From NCBI GenBank assembly GCA_963770895.1, contig CAVYRF010000002.1, forward strand, positions 5,248,001 through 5,312,000: DNA of 64,000 nucleotides. The letters run 5' to 3'. Made by a program: the position numbers and the translations under genes. A model generated the notes under the pieces. That model worked only from the letters and a program-made list of their open reading frames with translations, ran no database searches and was not told where the DNA came from. The stretch's first letter is position 1. Each line of letters begins with the position of its first letter. The DNA is from an uncultured Acidobacteriota bacterium. GTDB taxonomy: Bacteria; Acidobacteriota; Thermoanaerobaculia; Multivoradales; UBA5704. Shown in pieces: positions 24,914 to 35,468 of this stretch.

Positions 24914-25660
24914 ATGGAACGGTACCAAGGTAAAAGGGTGGTGATTATCGGCGGCACGAGCGGCATGGGGCTCGCGACGGCGAAGATGCTCCTCGATGGG
25001 AGTGCGCGTGTTCTGGTGACTGGTCGCTCGAAGGACGGCCTGGAATCGGCGCAGAAAGAGCTCGGAAAGGGCGCCCTCGTGGTTTCGAGCGACGCGCGGT
25101 CGTTGACGGACATCGACGCTCTGGCATCTCGGGTGAAGGCCGAGTTCGACACCTTCGACCTGCTCTTCGTCAACGCCGGGTTCAGCATCCGAGCGCCTCT
25201 CGAAAGCATGACCGAGGCTGTCTACGACGAGATGTTCAACCTGAACGCCAAGGGACCGCTTTTCGCGGTGCAGAAGCTCGCGCCGCTGATCAACCGGGGA
25301 GGCTCTATCGTCTTCACGACCTCGATCGCCAACGTCAAGGGAATGCCCGGCAACGCCGCATACGGAGCCGCCAAGGCCGCGGTGCGATCATTCGCTCGGA
25401 CGCTCGCCGCCGAGCTGATTCCTCGCGAGATTCGCGTCAACGCAGTGACGCCCGGCCCCATCGACACAGGGATCTTGGGCAAGATGTTCCCCGATAAAGA
25501 CGCGGCCGCCCAGCTTAGGGAGAAGATGATAGGCATGGTTCCCATGAAGCGCTGGGGGACGTCGGAGGAGATCGCCAAGGCCGTCCTCTTCCTCGCGTTC
25601 GATGCGACCTTCACGACCGGCGCAGAGCTTCCGGTAGACGGAGGATGGTCTCAGCTCTAA
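24914..25660 (+). CDS. SDR family oxidoreductase
   Basis: IIGGTSGMG, VNAG, YGAAK, VNAVTPGPIDT, TGAELPVDGG. Confidence 0.95.
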   Translation: MERYQGKRVVIIGGTSGMGLATAKMLLDGSARVLVTGRSKDGLESAQKELGKGALVVSSDARSLTDIDALASRVKAEFDTFDLLFVNAGFSIRAPLESMTEAVYDEMFNLNAKGPLFAVQKLAPLINRGGSIVFTTSIANVKGMPGNAAYGAAKAAVRSFARTLAAELIPREIRVNAVTPGPIDTGILGKMFPDKDAAAQLREKMIGMVPMKRWGTSEEIAKAVLFLAFDATFTTGAELPVDGGWSQL

Positions 25661-25848
25661 GGCTTGGACCGCCCAGGATGGTGCTGGCATCGAGAACGGT
25701 CTTCAATGGCTCGCATACCAATTGGTGAGCGGCGAAGTGATTTTGGCTGTCGATTACAGCAGGCGTGCCAGCGTCAAATGGTCCAGTTTTGAGGAACAGG
25801 GCAAGTAGTCCAAGCCTGTTCGGTGTAGCGCAACCCACGGAGGAAACA

Positions 25849-26286
25849 ATGAAAACGATGAAGCAGATCGTGGTAACGGTAAGTTTAGTCGTCATCTCGG
25901 CGATGGCACCGAGAGTGGAAGCGCAGCAGGGCGTCGAGAAGGCTGCTGCAGGGACGCTGGTCGCTCCGGCCGAGGCGCTAAATTCGCTGCTGAATATGAC
26001 TGAGAGCCAGATGATAAGTCTGGTGAAGGCATTGCCTGCCGACAAGTATGGATTTGCACCAAGCCCGATATCAATCCAAGCACGCTTGCTAAGTTGACGA
26101 ACAAAGATGAGCTTGTTGCTGCCCTTGAGGCCTCGTTTGCTTTCGATCACAAGGCGATTGGGATGCTCACGACCGCAAACGCATTCGAAAGCGTGGGTGG
26201 ATCGTTCACGCGCTCCACTCAGGCCGCCATGATCGCGGTGCATGCTTCCGATGAGTACGGGCAGATGGTGGAGTATCTGCGCATAA
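25849..26286 (+). pseudogene. secreted DinB-family protein, internally deleted and frameshifted
   Basis: Signal peptide, ALPADKYGFAPS, then in another frame KDELVAAL.ASF...H..DEYGQMVEYLR. Confidence 0.7.
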
Positions 26287-27206
26287 GAGCGACAAGCGGC
26301 CTCGGGCTGGCCACGGCCCTGCTTCTGGCGGAGCGAGGCGCGGAGGTCGTGATGGTGGGACGTGATCGAACCCGCTCGAATTTCCTGCGCACTGAAATCG
26401 CGCAATATGCTTCCGGTAGCGAGCCCATCCTGTTCCTCGCAGACCTGTCGTCGCAGGCGGAGATCCACCGCCTGGCCGAAAAGCTTCATGGAAGTTTGTC
26501 ACGGATCGATGTCCTGATCAACAATGCGGCCGCTGTGTTCGCAGAAAGAGAAGTGACGCCGGATGGCCTGGAGAAAACCTTCGCCGTTAATCACCTTGCG
26601 CCGTTCGCGCTAACTCACCTTGTGCTCGATCTCATCCGCGCCGCGCCCGCCGGGAGAATTCTCACCGCGTCCTCGGAGTTCCATAGCGGAGAACTGGATT
26701 TGTCCAATCTCCAGGGAGAGCGGCGATACAACTGGTTGGGGGCCTACAAGCGCTCGAAGCTTTGCAACATTCTGTTTACTTACGAACTCTCCCGGCGCCT
26801 CGCAGGATCGACGATTACCGCGAACTGTTTTAGTCCCGGACCCACGCTCACACGCCTGGGCGACAACATGCGAGGTCTACCTGCAGCAGTCCCGTGGTTG
26901 TTAAAGCGCATTCCATCTTTGCTTGCATTTCCGGAAGGCGCAGCGAGAACTCCCGTCTACGTCGCGTCCTCGCCCGATCTCGACGGTGTCTCCGGCAGAT
27001 TCTTCAGGCAGTGCCGAGAGACGCACACAAAACAGATTACGTACGACAATAGCGTCGCAGTCAGGCTCTGGAACATGAGTCAAGAGCTGTATGGGAGCCG
27101 CGCCAGCGCCGTCGGCGTGTTCCTTTTCGGTAAGGCGGGCAATGACGAATTTCGTGCGCTGCCGCCGGTTGCTGCCCGCGCTAATGATCGCCCCGCCAGA
27201 CGCTGA
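26287..27206 (+). pseudogene. retinol-dehydrogenase-like SDR lacking its N-terminus, fused in frame to the DinB remnant
   Basis: Begins at RATSGLG (TG of the TGxxxGxG motif lost); LINNA, FAVNHLAPF, YKRSK. Confidence 0.75.
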
Positions 27207-27246
27207 GTTGCCGAGCCGGCTGACAGTCTCTGGGCGCATCCAACCG

Positions 27247-27465
27247 GTGGACGGCCTCTACTTCGCGCTACCCACCCGCACGGCGGCCACCCAGATCTAT
27301 CGCCGCACCCATGCCGCCATCACCCATCTCTTCCCGGATACGGCCAGCCGGCCGGCCGTTGTCCTCGCCGTACCCGGCTACCTCGATGTCGACGGCGTCG
27401 CGGGCATCCGCTTGCCACCCTTCCGTGTCCTCTGGCCCGACGAGCCCCTGCGCGATCGCGGCTGC
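27247..27465 (+). pseudogene. cas3: CRISPR-associated Cas3 helicase internal fragment (type I)
   Basis: VDGLYFALPTRTAATQIYRR....LFP....RP.VVLAVPGYLDVD...LP.F.VLWPD matches Cas3 helicase motif Ia and the following segment. Confidence 0.7.
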
Positions 27466-27485
27466 GGGCGTGCGGGCGGGTCAGG

Positions 27486-30400
27486 TCAGGCGGTCTTGCG
27501 GCGCCGCAGGCGGACGAAGGCGGCTCCGCCGAGGCCCAGGGCCAGGAGCAGGAGACCCAGGGTCGAGAGGGTGGGGATGGGGGCGGAGGTCGCGGCCACC
27601 GTGAAGTTGGTGGGATCGGCGGGGCCGCCCACGCCCGGATCGTCGGTTACCGCCGTGGCGTCGTTGGTGCCGTTGCCGTCGCTGTCATAGGAAATCGACC
27701 CCTGATTGGAGACGGTCTCGCCGGCGGCGCTGGCGAGGATGGTGGCGGTGATCGTGATGGTCACCGAACCGCCGGCCGGAATCGCGCCGTTCCAGGTGAC
27801 GGTGTTGCTGCCGGTGTTGGCCGCCGCGGCGCCGCTCGAGGCGGTGGCGGAGACGAGCGTGAGGCCGCCGGGGAGGATGTCGGTGAACTCGTTGCCTGGG
27901 TTGTCGGCCTGGGCTCCGGCGCCGGAGTTGTGCAGGGTCACGGTGTAGGTAACGGTGCCGCCGACGGCGTACGGGCCGCCGGAGACGGTCTTGGTGCCGG
28001 TGACGGTAGCTCCGAGCGGCTGGGTGATGGTGTCGGTGTCGGTCGCCGAGTTGTTGCCCGGAGTCGGGTCGGTGACGCCCGCCGGGGCGGTCACCGTGGC
28101 GGTGTTGGAGACGGTGCCGGTGGCGGCCGCCGCGACGTTGCAGCTCGCGGTGTAGGTGACGCTGGCGCCCGCCGGGAGGTTCACGGTGCCGTTGATGTTG
28201 CCCGCGCCGGAGGCGGTGCAGGTGCCGCCGCCCGCGCCGAGGCAGGTCCAGGTGCAGGTGAGCGACGCCGGGAAGGTGTCGGCGACGGTGGCGCCGGCGG
28301 CGTTGCTGGGTCCGGCGTTGGAGGCGGTGATGGTGTAGGTCACCGAGCCGCCGGGGGTGGCCGTGGTCACGCCGTCGGTCGCGGTGATCGCGAGATCGGC
28401 GCTGGCCGCCAGCGTGTCGGTGTCGGTCGCCGAGTTGTTGCCCGGAGTCGGGTCGGTGACGCCCGCCGGGGCGGTCACCGTGGCGGTGTTGGAGACGGTG
28501 CCGGTGGCGGCCGCCGCGACGTTGCAGCTCGCGGTGTAGGTGACGCTGGCGCCCGCCGGGAGGTTCACGGTGCCGTTGATGTTGCCCGAGCCGGCGGCGG
28601 TGCAGGTGCCGCCGCCCGCGCCGACGCAGGTCCAGGTGCAGGTGAGCGACGCCGGGAAGGTGTCGGCGACGGTGGCTCCGGTGGCGTTGCTGGGACCGGC
28701 GTTGGAGCCGGTGATGGTGTAGGTCACCGAGCCGCCGGGGGTGGCCGTGGTCACGCCGTCGGTCGCGGTGATCGCGAGATCGGCCTGTGGCGTCAGCGTG
28801 TCGGTGTCGGTGCCGCTGTTGTTGGCCGGGTTCGGATCGGTGGCGAAGGAAACCGTGGCGGTGTCGGAGATGGTGCCGGTGGCGGCCGCCGAGATGGTGC
28901 AGCTCGCGGTATAGGTGACGCTGGCGCCCGCCGGGAGGTTGACCGTGTCGTTGATGTTGCCCGAGCCGGCGGCGGTGCAGGTGCCGCCGCCCGCGCCGAC
29001 GCAGGTCCAGGTGCAGGTGAGGGCTGCCGGGAAGGTGTCCGCCACCGTGGCCCCGGTCGCCGGGAGGGGGGACGAGTTGGAGGCGTTGATGGTGTAGGTC
29101 ACCGAGCCGCCGGGGGTGGCCTCGGTCACGCCGTCGGTCACCGTGATCCCAAGGTCCGGTGGCGCCTCGTCGTCGTAGCAGGCGGTGACGTCGTTGAGCG
29201 TGGGGCTCACCGTGGCGTCGGAGGTGGCGAAGAACGCCCGGTACTCCAGATACTGGAAGCCGTTGAACTGGCTGAGCGAGGCGCCGCTGGTGGTGAAGTA
29301 CGTCGCGGCGGTGCCGTCGGGGCCGACGAAGGCGAAGGGGCCCGACGGCGAGTTGCTGGCCGCGGCCTGGAACTGCAGGGTGGTGTTTGCCGGAACCGTG
29401 GCGGTCCAGGAGAGCGTCGTCCAGGTCGGTGTGTCGCCGGCCGGCGGGTTGCTGTCCTTGACACCCGAGATGAGGTCGCCCGACGAGCCGAAGCCGCTGT
29501 CGACGTGGATCTTGAAGCCGGCGTCGGTGCTCACGCCGCCGGTCAACGGAATCGACCAGACGGTGCCGCTGGTGGCGCCGGAGACCCGGCTGCCGCCGGG
29601 GTAGACGTCCGAGCCGGCCGTCGAGGTGCCGCTCCTGGTGAGCGCGTAGGTGCCCGGCGAGGGGTTCGCCGTCGGGCGGATCACGATGGCGTACTGCGTG
29701 CCGGCGGTCAGGGACGGCGGCGAGCTGAAGGTCGCCGTATAGAAGGCGGCCGCGCCGCTGCTGAATCCGGTGATCGTGGCCGCGGCCAGGTCGGCGCCGG
29801 TCGGCAGGCCGCCGCTCGTGGCGCGCAGGCTCAAGGTGAGGTTCGGCGTCGTCCCGGTGCAGCCGCTGCAGAAGAGGTTGATGTCCGCCGCGGTGAGCGT
29901 GCCCGAGCGCGAAGGCGTGAAGGTCTGGCCGCCCCAGGTCGTCGTGGTGATGCCGACGCCGCTCGTGCCGAGCGTGGTGCTCTGCTGGTCGATGTCGGGC
30001 TTGGCGAGCACGACGTCGCCGGGGCTCGCCGTCAGGTCGACGTTGGTCGGCGTACCGGTCTGGAAATCGGCCTGCGTCGTGTCGGTCAGGCACGCGCTGG
30101 TATCTGCCGTGGCAAGGGAGAAATTCTGCGTCGTCGTGTTGCCGTCGCTCACCACGATGCCGGACGCCGTGCTGGAGACGGACCCGGGATCGCTGGCGCT
30201 GGCGGTGGGGTAGGTGCCGGCGGGGAGGCTCGCGAAGGCGTAGGAACCGGCGCCGTCCGTGGTTGTGGTGCGGCTGCCGAGGCGCACGGTCGCGCCGGCG
30301 ATCGGCGCGCCGCCCACCGTGGCGGTCACCGTGCCGGAGAGCGTGCCGCCGGCGCCCACCGGGGTGCAGGACGGGTAGGAGAACGAGCCGACCCGGGTCA

Positions 30401-32090
30401 GGAAGTTGAGGCCGTCTACCCCGTAGTACTCGTTGGTGAGCCAGAACGTGCAGCCGTCGGGGTCGAGCGCCATGCCGGTGTAGTCACCCCAGCGGATGCA
30501 GGCCGAGCCGCCGCAGTTGCCGGTCTGGGTGCCGGTGCCCTGGAAAAAGAGCTGCTCGGTCTGGCTGAAGGTGTTCACCGGATCCGTCGCCAGGCGGCCG
30601 GCGTACCGGACCGCCGGCTTGGTCGTGCTGTTCGAGGTGCTGTAGCCGAGGGCCATGTCCCCCGCCCGGTCGATCGCCAGGCTGGGCACGAAGCGATACG
30701 TGACGTTGGCGCCGTCCGGGTCCCAGGTCGTGGCCTGCGGCAGGGCGGCGGCCACGGTGCCGCCGGTCACGGTCACCTGGTACCAGCGCGGCGCGGCGAA
30801 GCCGGTGGTGTTCTGGCGCCGCACCGTATGCGCTGCCCAGAGAGATTCGACGCCGCCGAAATTGGTGTACTGGTTCTGCATCATGCCGCGGATCTGGAGG
30901 ACGTCGAGGCTGTTGCCGCCCAGGGAGGGGGCGTTCGGCACCGACGCGTTCGGCCAGCTGGTGGCAGCCAGGGGCGTGTCCGGGCCGGTGAAGGTCGACG
31001 TCGAGAGGCGGTTCCAGTCGACGTGGAACTTGTAGACGCTCAATGCGTTGGTGAACTGCCAGGTGGAGACGAAATAGTTGGGGCTGCCGGCGGGCGGCGT
31101 GCCGGTCTGCAGCCGTGCGTTGCTCGGCAGGAGCGCGAAGTCGGCCGCCGGGGCGTCGAAGGTGACCACCTGGACGGTCGGGGCGCCGGCGTACATCTGC
31201 GCCTTGTTGAGCGCAAAGACCCGCGGGTTCTGAAACGGCGCTCCGGAAGGGTAGCCGAACACGTTCGCCGACATGTAGAGGCCGTCCGGCCAGATGCCGA
31301 ACTTCGGATAGTCGCCGAGCCCGTTGGCGATGTGGATCGAGTAGAAGTTCCAGCCGCCGCTCACCGGATCGCCGCTCTTCGACACCGCGAAGCACTGAAA
31401 GGCGCCGGGTGGATTGACGATATTGCCGGAACCGTCGACTTCGAACGCGAAGTCGGTGATGATCCAGCGGTCCTCGAACGTGTCGTAGAGCACGACCGGA
31501 TCGCCGAAGTTGTTGGTGTCGCACAGGTTGCCGAAGTTGCCCTGGCTCATGAAGGCGTCGAAGGTGAACGCCGCGATCTGGCTGCCGCTCTTGCTGTAGA
31601 TGCCGATCGAAGTGTTCATCGCTTGCATGAAGTAGGTCGGTCCCACGTCGCCCACCGGGTCAGGAGGGTGGCCGGCGCCCCAGGTGGCGAAGTCGAGGCC
31701 GTCGAAGCTCGCCGACGGCGCCGGCGCGGCCGCCAACGGGACGTTCATCCGCGGCGCTGGGGCGGCCAGCGGCGGCACGCCGGGGAGCTCCACCGGCTCC
31801 GGGTCCGGCTCCTCGAGCTCGGGCCGCTCGAACTTTCTGGGCTTGACCTGGGGCAGCCGGCGCAGGTCGATCTCGACGCTCCCCGCCCGCTGCATCGCCA
31901 TCTCGTGCGGTCTGGTTGCGGCTGGCAGGTAGGTCGCCTTCACCTCGCCGCGCTCCTGGGCCGCGGCGCTGCCGGCACCGATCAGGCACGGCAGGACGAG
32001 GCCCAGCAGGAGCGCGCCGGCCTTCGCGAGCATCGGTCGAAAGGTGAGACCAACCTGGAGCGCCTGCGGCCTGGCGCGATCTGTGGACAT
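27486..32090 (-). CDS. large secreted protein: N-terminal PPD..GDVGP..Y..N domain, carboxypeptidase-regulatory-like domain, four DUF11 repeats, IPTL-CTERM
   Basis: Signal peptide, RWGDY motif, DLAIT..D.....PG..VTYTI repeats, C-terminal IPTLSTLGLLLL...RRRK; start may be 32033. Confidence 0.85.
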   Translation of the reverse strand: MSTDRARPQALQVGLTFRPMLAKAGALLLGLVLPCLIGAGSAAAQERGEVKATYLPAATRPHEMAMQRAGSVEIDLRRLPQVKPRKFERPELEEPDPEPVELPGVPPLAAPAPRMNVPLAAAPAPSASFDGLDFATWGAGHPPDPVGDVGPTYFMQAMNTSIGIYSKSGSQIAAFTFDAFMSQGNFGNLCDTNNFGDPVVLYDTFEDRWIITDFAFEVDGSGNIVNPPGAFQCFAVSKSGDPVSGGWNFYSIHIANGLGDYPKFGIWPDGLYMSANVFGYPSGAPFQNPRVFALNKAQMYAGAPTVQVVTFDAPAADFALLPSNARLQTGTPPAGSPNYFVSTWQFTNALSVYKFHVDWNRLSTSTFTGPDTPLAATSWPNASVPNAPSLGGNSLDVLQIRGMMQNQYTNFGGVESLWAAHTVRRQNTTGFAAPRWYQVTVTGGTVAAALPQATTWDPDGANVTYRFVPSLAIDRAGDMALGYSTSNSTTKPAVRYAGRLATDPVNTFSQTEQLFFQGTGTQTGNCGGSACIRWGDYTGMALDPDGCTFWLTNEYYGVDGLNFLTRVGSFSYPSCTPVGAGGTLSGTVTATVGGAPIAGATVRLGSRTTTTDGAGSYAFASLPAGTYPTASASDPGSVSSTASGIVVSDGNTTTQNFSLATADTSACLTDTTQADFQTGTPTNVDLTASPGDVVLAKPDIDQQSTTLGTSGVGITTTTWGGQTFTPSRSGTLTAADINLFCSGCTGTTPNLTLSLRATSGGLPTGADLAAATITGFSSGAAAFYTATFSSPPSLTAGTQYAIVIRPTANPSPGTYALTRSGTSTAGSDVYPGGSRVSGATSGTVWSIPLTGGVSTDAGFKIHVDSGFGSSGDLISGVKDSNPPAGDTPTWTTLSWTATVPANTTLQFQAAASNSPSGPFAFVGPDGTAATYFTTSGASLSQFNGFQYLEYRAFFATSDATVSPTLNDVTACYDDEAPPDLGITVTDGVTEATPGGSVTYTINASNSSPLPATGATVADTFPAALTCTWTCVGAGGGTCTAAGSGNINDTVNLPAGASVTYTASCTISAAATGTISDTATVSFATDPNPANNSGTDTDTLTPQADLAITATDGVTTATPGGSVTYTITGSNAGPSNATGATVADTFPASLTCTWTCVGAGGGTCTAAGSGNINGTVNLPAGASVTYTASCNVAAAATGTVSNTATVTAPAGVTDPTPGNNSATDTDTLAASADLAITATDGVTTATPGGSVTYTITASNAGPSNAAGATVADTFPASLTCTWTCLGAGGGTCTASGAGNINGTVNLPAGASVTYTASCNVAAAATGTVSNTATVTAPAGVTDPTPGNNSATDTDTITQPLGATVTGTKTVSGGPYAVGGTVTYTVTLHNSGAGAQADNPGNEFTDILPGGLTLVSATASSGAAAANTGSNTVTWNGAIPAGGSVTITITATILASAAGETVSNQGSISYDSDGNGTNDATAVTDDPGVGGPADPTNFTVAATSAPIPTLSTLGLLLLALGLGGAAFVRLRRRKTA
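28030..29150. repeat. intragenic tandem DUF11 repeats (384-bp near-identical pair plus a 375-bp-spaced third copy)
   Basis: Equivalent segments start at 28156, 28540 and 28915. Confidence 0.9.
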
Positions 32091-32349
32091 CTCGGTTCTC
32101 CCCTGGAAAGCGACACAAACACCGACAGGAACGGGCAAGGGTCTGCCCGACCGTCATCAGAAGACAAGCTGGATGAGGTGGAAATGTACTAAAGAGGGTA
32201 TCACCGTGTCCAGGCCGGCCTGGACGGCCGGCGAGGGCATTCAAGAGCGCCACGCCGCCGGGTAGAGCAGTAAGCTGCGCCGCGGCGGTGGCCGGAAGTG
32301 CGGCGGTGCGCCGGCTGGGCCTTGATGGGCTCTGTTCCGGCCCGCCGCC

Positions 32350-32700
32350 TCACCTGGGCGGGTTTGCCGCCGGCAAGACGTGCTGGAGGACCAGGTCATC
32401 GAAGTCGGCAACGACGACGTCGCGCTGCGCGCAGGCGAGCAGCGTCACGGCCACGTTGTAGGTCCCCGGCGGCGCCTCGAGCGGGCCTGCGGTGATCGTG
32501 TCCCAGGTGCCCTCACCGCGCCGCCCTGTGGAGGCGTGGTCGCTGGACTTCAGGAACGGGCCGGAGCAGTTGTCGTAGGCCTTGCCGGAATAGAAGCTGA
32601 AGAAGATACTGGCACTGCCGTTGCTGGAAGGGGTGAGCAGCAAGACCTTGGCGCTGAACTGGTAGGTGCCAGGACTGATGGGGAAGCACTGCTCCGCCAC
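32350..32700 (-). CDS. hypothetical beta-rich protein or fragment
   Basis: QCF.I.PGTY.FSA...W...T...EAPPGT..V.V.L....DFDDLVL resembles a carbohydrate-binding jelly-roll; may be N-truncated. Confidence 0.45.
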   Translation of the reverse strand: MAEQCFPISPGTYQFSAKVLLLTPSSNGSASIFFSFYSGKAYDNCSGPFLKSSDHASTGRRGEGTWDTITAGPLEAPPGTYNVAVTLLACAQRDVVVADFDDLVLQHVLPAANPPR

Positions 32701-32979
32701 GGCGCAGGCCGGAGAGGAGGGAGCTCGTCATACTCTAAAGTAGGGTGCGTCGATGGCAGGCGATGGGACAGGCGGGCAGATGGTGGCCGGGTGACGCGGC
32801 GCCGCGGACGGGCGAGCCGAAGAGCGCGAGTTCGTGATAGTAAATGCGTTTGAGCGCGAGCGCCCAGCGCGCGGCAGGGATCGACCAGGAGCAATGCTGC
32901 CGGACTTTGACGAGGACCTGAGGGATCGGCGACGAGCGCGGGGGCGACCCTGGCCCGCGCGATCGATCCCGGCCTGACC

Positions 32980-35424
32980 ATGAGCGACTGGAAGCAGGTG
33001 CTGCGACGACTGGTGCGGGAGCCCGGCTTCTCGACCGTCACCGTGCTGACCCTGGCCCTCGCCCTGGCGACGGTGGTCACGGTGTTCACCCTGGTCGACG
33101 CCGTGCTGCTGCGCCAGCTGCCGTATCCGGAGTCCTCCCACCTGGTGGAGGTCAGCCACACCGCCCCGGGCCTCAAGCTCGAGACGATGGACATGTCGGC
33201 GCGGCTGTATCTCCATTACCTGGAGCACGCCAAGACCCTCGACGGCATCGCCCTCTGGAACAGCGTCGACGTCACCCTCAGCGGCAACGAAGAGCCGGTG
33301 CGCGTACCTGGGGCGGTGGTCTCTCCTTCCGCGTTCCGCATCCTGCGGGTCAAGCCGGAGCTCGGCCGCGCCTTCAGCGAAGAGGAAGGACGGCCCGGCG
33401 GCGCCGCGGTGGTGATGCTCAGCCATGACCTGTGGCAGAGCCGCTATGGGGGCAAGGCCGATATCCTCGGCCGGCCGCTCGACGTCAACGGCAAGCCGCG
33501 CGAGGTGGTGGGGGTGATGCCGGCCGGCTTCGACTTCCCCAACCCCAAAACCGAGCTGTGGGTCCCGCGGGTGCTCGATCCCGCCAAGGCACGGCTGGGC
33601 TACTTCTACGATCGTGCCATCGCCCGCGTCCGCAGCCAGGTGACGCCCGAGGCGGCACAGACCGAGCTCACCCAGCTGACCCGCGACCTGGTGGGCGCCT
33701 TCCCGGACGAGGAGGCGGCGAAGATGCTCCAGAACGGAGGCTTCCGTCCGGTGGTCAAGACCCTCCTGGAGCGCGCCGTCGGCAAGGTGCGGCCGGTGCT
33801 GTGGACGCTGCTTGCCGCGGCCGGGCTGATCCTCGCCATCGCCTGCGCCAACATCGCCAATCTGTTCCTGGTGCGCTTCGAAGAACGCTCCGCCGAGCTG
33901 GCGATCCGCGGCGCCCTGGGTGCCAGCCGCGGCCGGCTGGTGGGTGGGCTCTTCGCCGAGGGGCTGGCTCTCGCCGCCCTCGCCGGTGGGGTGGCCGTGG
34001 TCCTGACCTGGGAGACCTTGCGCCTGCTGGTCCGGCTCGGCGTGGGCATCGTGCCGCGCCTGCACCAGGTGGGCCTCGACGCCGGGGCGGTGCTGTTCAC
34101 CTTCGGCGCGGCGGTCCTGGCGGCGGTCCTGGCGTGTCTCCTGCCGGCCTTGCGAGCGAGCCGCATCGACCTCGCGGACGCGGTGCGCGACGGCGGCCGC
34201 GCCTCCGCCGGCCGCGATCGGCACCGCCTGCGCCATACCCTGGTGGGGGCCCAGGTCGCCCTGGGGATGGTGCTGCTGGTGGCTTGCGGGCTGGTGGTGC
34301 GGAGCCTCCTGGCCTTGCAGGCGGTCGACCCCGGCTTCAGGACGAACGGCGCGGCGACCTTCCAGCTGTTTCTGCCGCCGACGACGTATCCTGATGCGCA
34401 AGCCCGGGTGCGCTTCGTGGAGGAGACCGTGGGGCGGCTGGCGGCGCTGCCGGGGGTCGGGGCGGTGGGCCTGGCCAGCTACCTGCCGCTGTCCGACGCC
34501 CAGGGCGGCTCCGGGTTCGTGGTGGAGGAGTTCCCCCTGAGGCCGGGAGAGGTGCCGCCGGTCTTCATGGAGACGAACGCCAGCGCCGGCTATTTCGCCG
34601 CCCTGGGCATCCCGCTCCTGGAAGGACGGACCTTCGCGCCCGACGACTACCGCCAGCGCCTGGGTCGCATCGTGATCAGCCGATCGGTGGCTCGCCGCTA
34701 CTGGCCGAAGGGCAGCGCCCTGGGCAAGCGGATGACGTCGTGGGCGCCGCAGGCGGAACGGCAGGGCTGGTACACGGTGGTCGGGGTGGTGGGCGACGTG
34801 CGCCTGGCGGGCCTCGACCAGGAGCCGGTGGACGTGGTGTACGAGCCTCTCCTGGGCCTCGCCGACGGCAGCAAGGACCTCGGCGCCAGCCTCTCCTATG
34901 CGGTCGCGAGCAGCCTGCCGGCGGCGTCTCTGGCGCCGACCCTGCGCAACACCATGCGCAAGGTCGATCCCAGCCTGCCGATGACCCCGGTGCGGACGGT
35001 GGACAGCCTGGTGCGCGACTCCTGGGCCCACATGACGTTCACCGTCACGGTGCTGCTGCTGGCGTCGCTGATGGCGCTGGTGATCGCGGCGGTGGGGCTC
35101 TACGGGGTGGTGTCGTATCTCGTTACCCGGCGCACCCGGGAGCTTGGCATCCGCATGGCCCTGGGGGCCGACGGCGGCCGCATCCGCCGGCTGGTCCTCG
35201 GCCAGGGGCTCCTGGTCGCCGGCCTCGGCCTCCTCGCCGGCGTGCTGCTGGCGTTGGCTTCCACCCGGCTGCTGGCGTCGCTGCTGTTCCAGGTGGGGAG
35301 CCGGGATCCGCTGACGTTCGTCCTCGCGGCCCTGGTGCTTCTCCTGGTCGCTGCCGCGGCCTCGTACCTGCCCGCCGCGCGTGCTGCTCGCACGTCTCCT
35401 GCCGAGGCTTTGCGCACGACGTAG
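32980..35424 (+). CDS. ADOP-type duplicated ABC permease (MacB-PCD/FtsX x2)
   Basis: PGFS.V.VLTLAL, VVGVMP.GFDFP, ILAIACANIANL, AIRGALGASRG, RTRELGIRMALGA, YLPAARAA. Confidence 0.95.
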   Translation: MSDWKQVLRRLVREPGFSTVTVLTLALALATVVTVFTLVDAVLLRQLPYPESSHLVEVSHTAPGLKLETMDMSARLYLHYLEHAKTLDGIALWNSVDVTLSGNEEPVRVPGAVVSPSAFRILRVKPELGRAFSEEEGRPGGAAVVMLSHDLWQSRYGGKADILGRPLDVNGKPREVVGVMPAGFDFPNPKTELWVPRVLDPAKARLGYFYDRAIARVRSQVTPEAAQTELTQLTRDLVGAFPDEEAAKMLQNGGFRPVVKTLLERAVGKVRPVLWTLLAAAGLILAIACANIANLFLVRFEERSAELAIRGALGASRGRLVGGLFAEGLALAALAGGVAVVLTWETLRLLVRLGVGIVPRLHQVGLDAGAVLFTFGAAVLAAVLACLLPALRASRIDLADAVRDGGRASAGRDRHRLRHTLVGAQVALGMVLLVACGLVVRSLLALQAVDPGFRTNGAATFQLFLPPTTYPDAQARVRFVEETVGRLAALPGVGAVGLASYLPLSDAQGGSGFVVEEFPLRPGEVPPVFMETNASAGYFAALGIPLLEGRTFAPDDYRQRLGRIVISRSVARRYWPKGSALGKRMTSWAPQAERQGWYTVVGVVGDVRLAGLDQEPVDVVYEPLLGLADGSKDLGASLSYAVASSLPAASLAPTLRNTMRKVDPSLPMTPVRTVDSLVRDSWAHMTFTVTVLLLASLMALVIAAVGLYGVVSYLVTRRTRELGIRMALGADGGRIRRLVLGQGLLVAGLGLLAGVLLALASTRLLASLLFQVGSRDPLTFVLAALVLLLVAAAASYLPAARAARTSPAEALRTT

Positions 35425-35468
35425 GGAATCCCTGGAGCGGGTGGGAGAGGGTAGGGCGAGGGATTCTT

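Noticed and set aside
28030-29150. CRISPR array or DGR template/variable repeat
   Set aside because: Long in-frame protein-domain repeats, no spacers and no adenine-specific differences; the only RT is a typical group II intron protein.
27930-32192. 1420-aa + strand ORF (likewise 46008-51068 +, 32728-36135 - and similar)
   Set aside because: Antisense shadows of real high-GC genes; low-complexity G/A/R/V composition without motifs.
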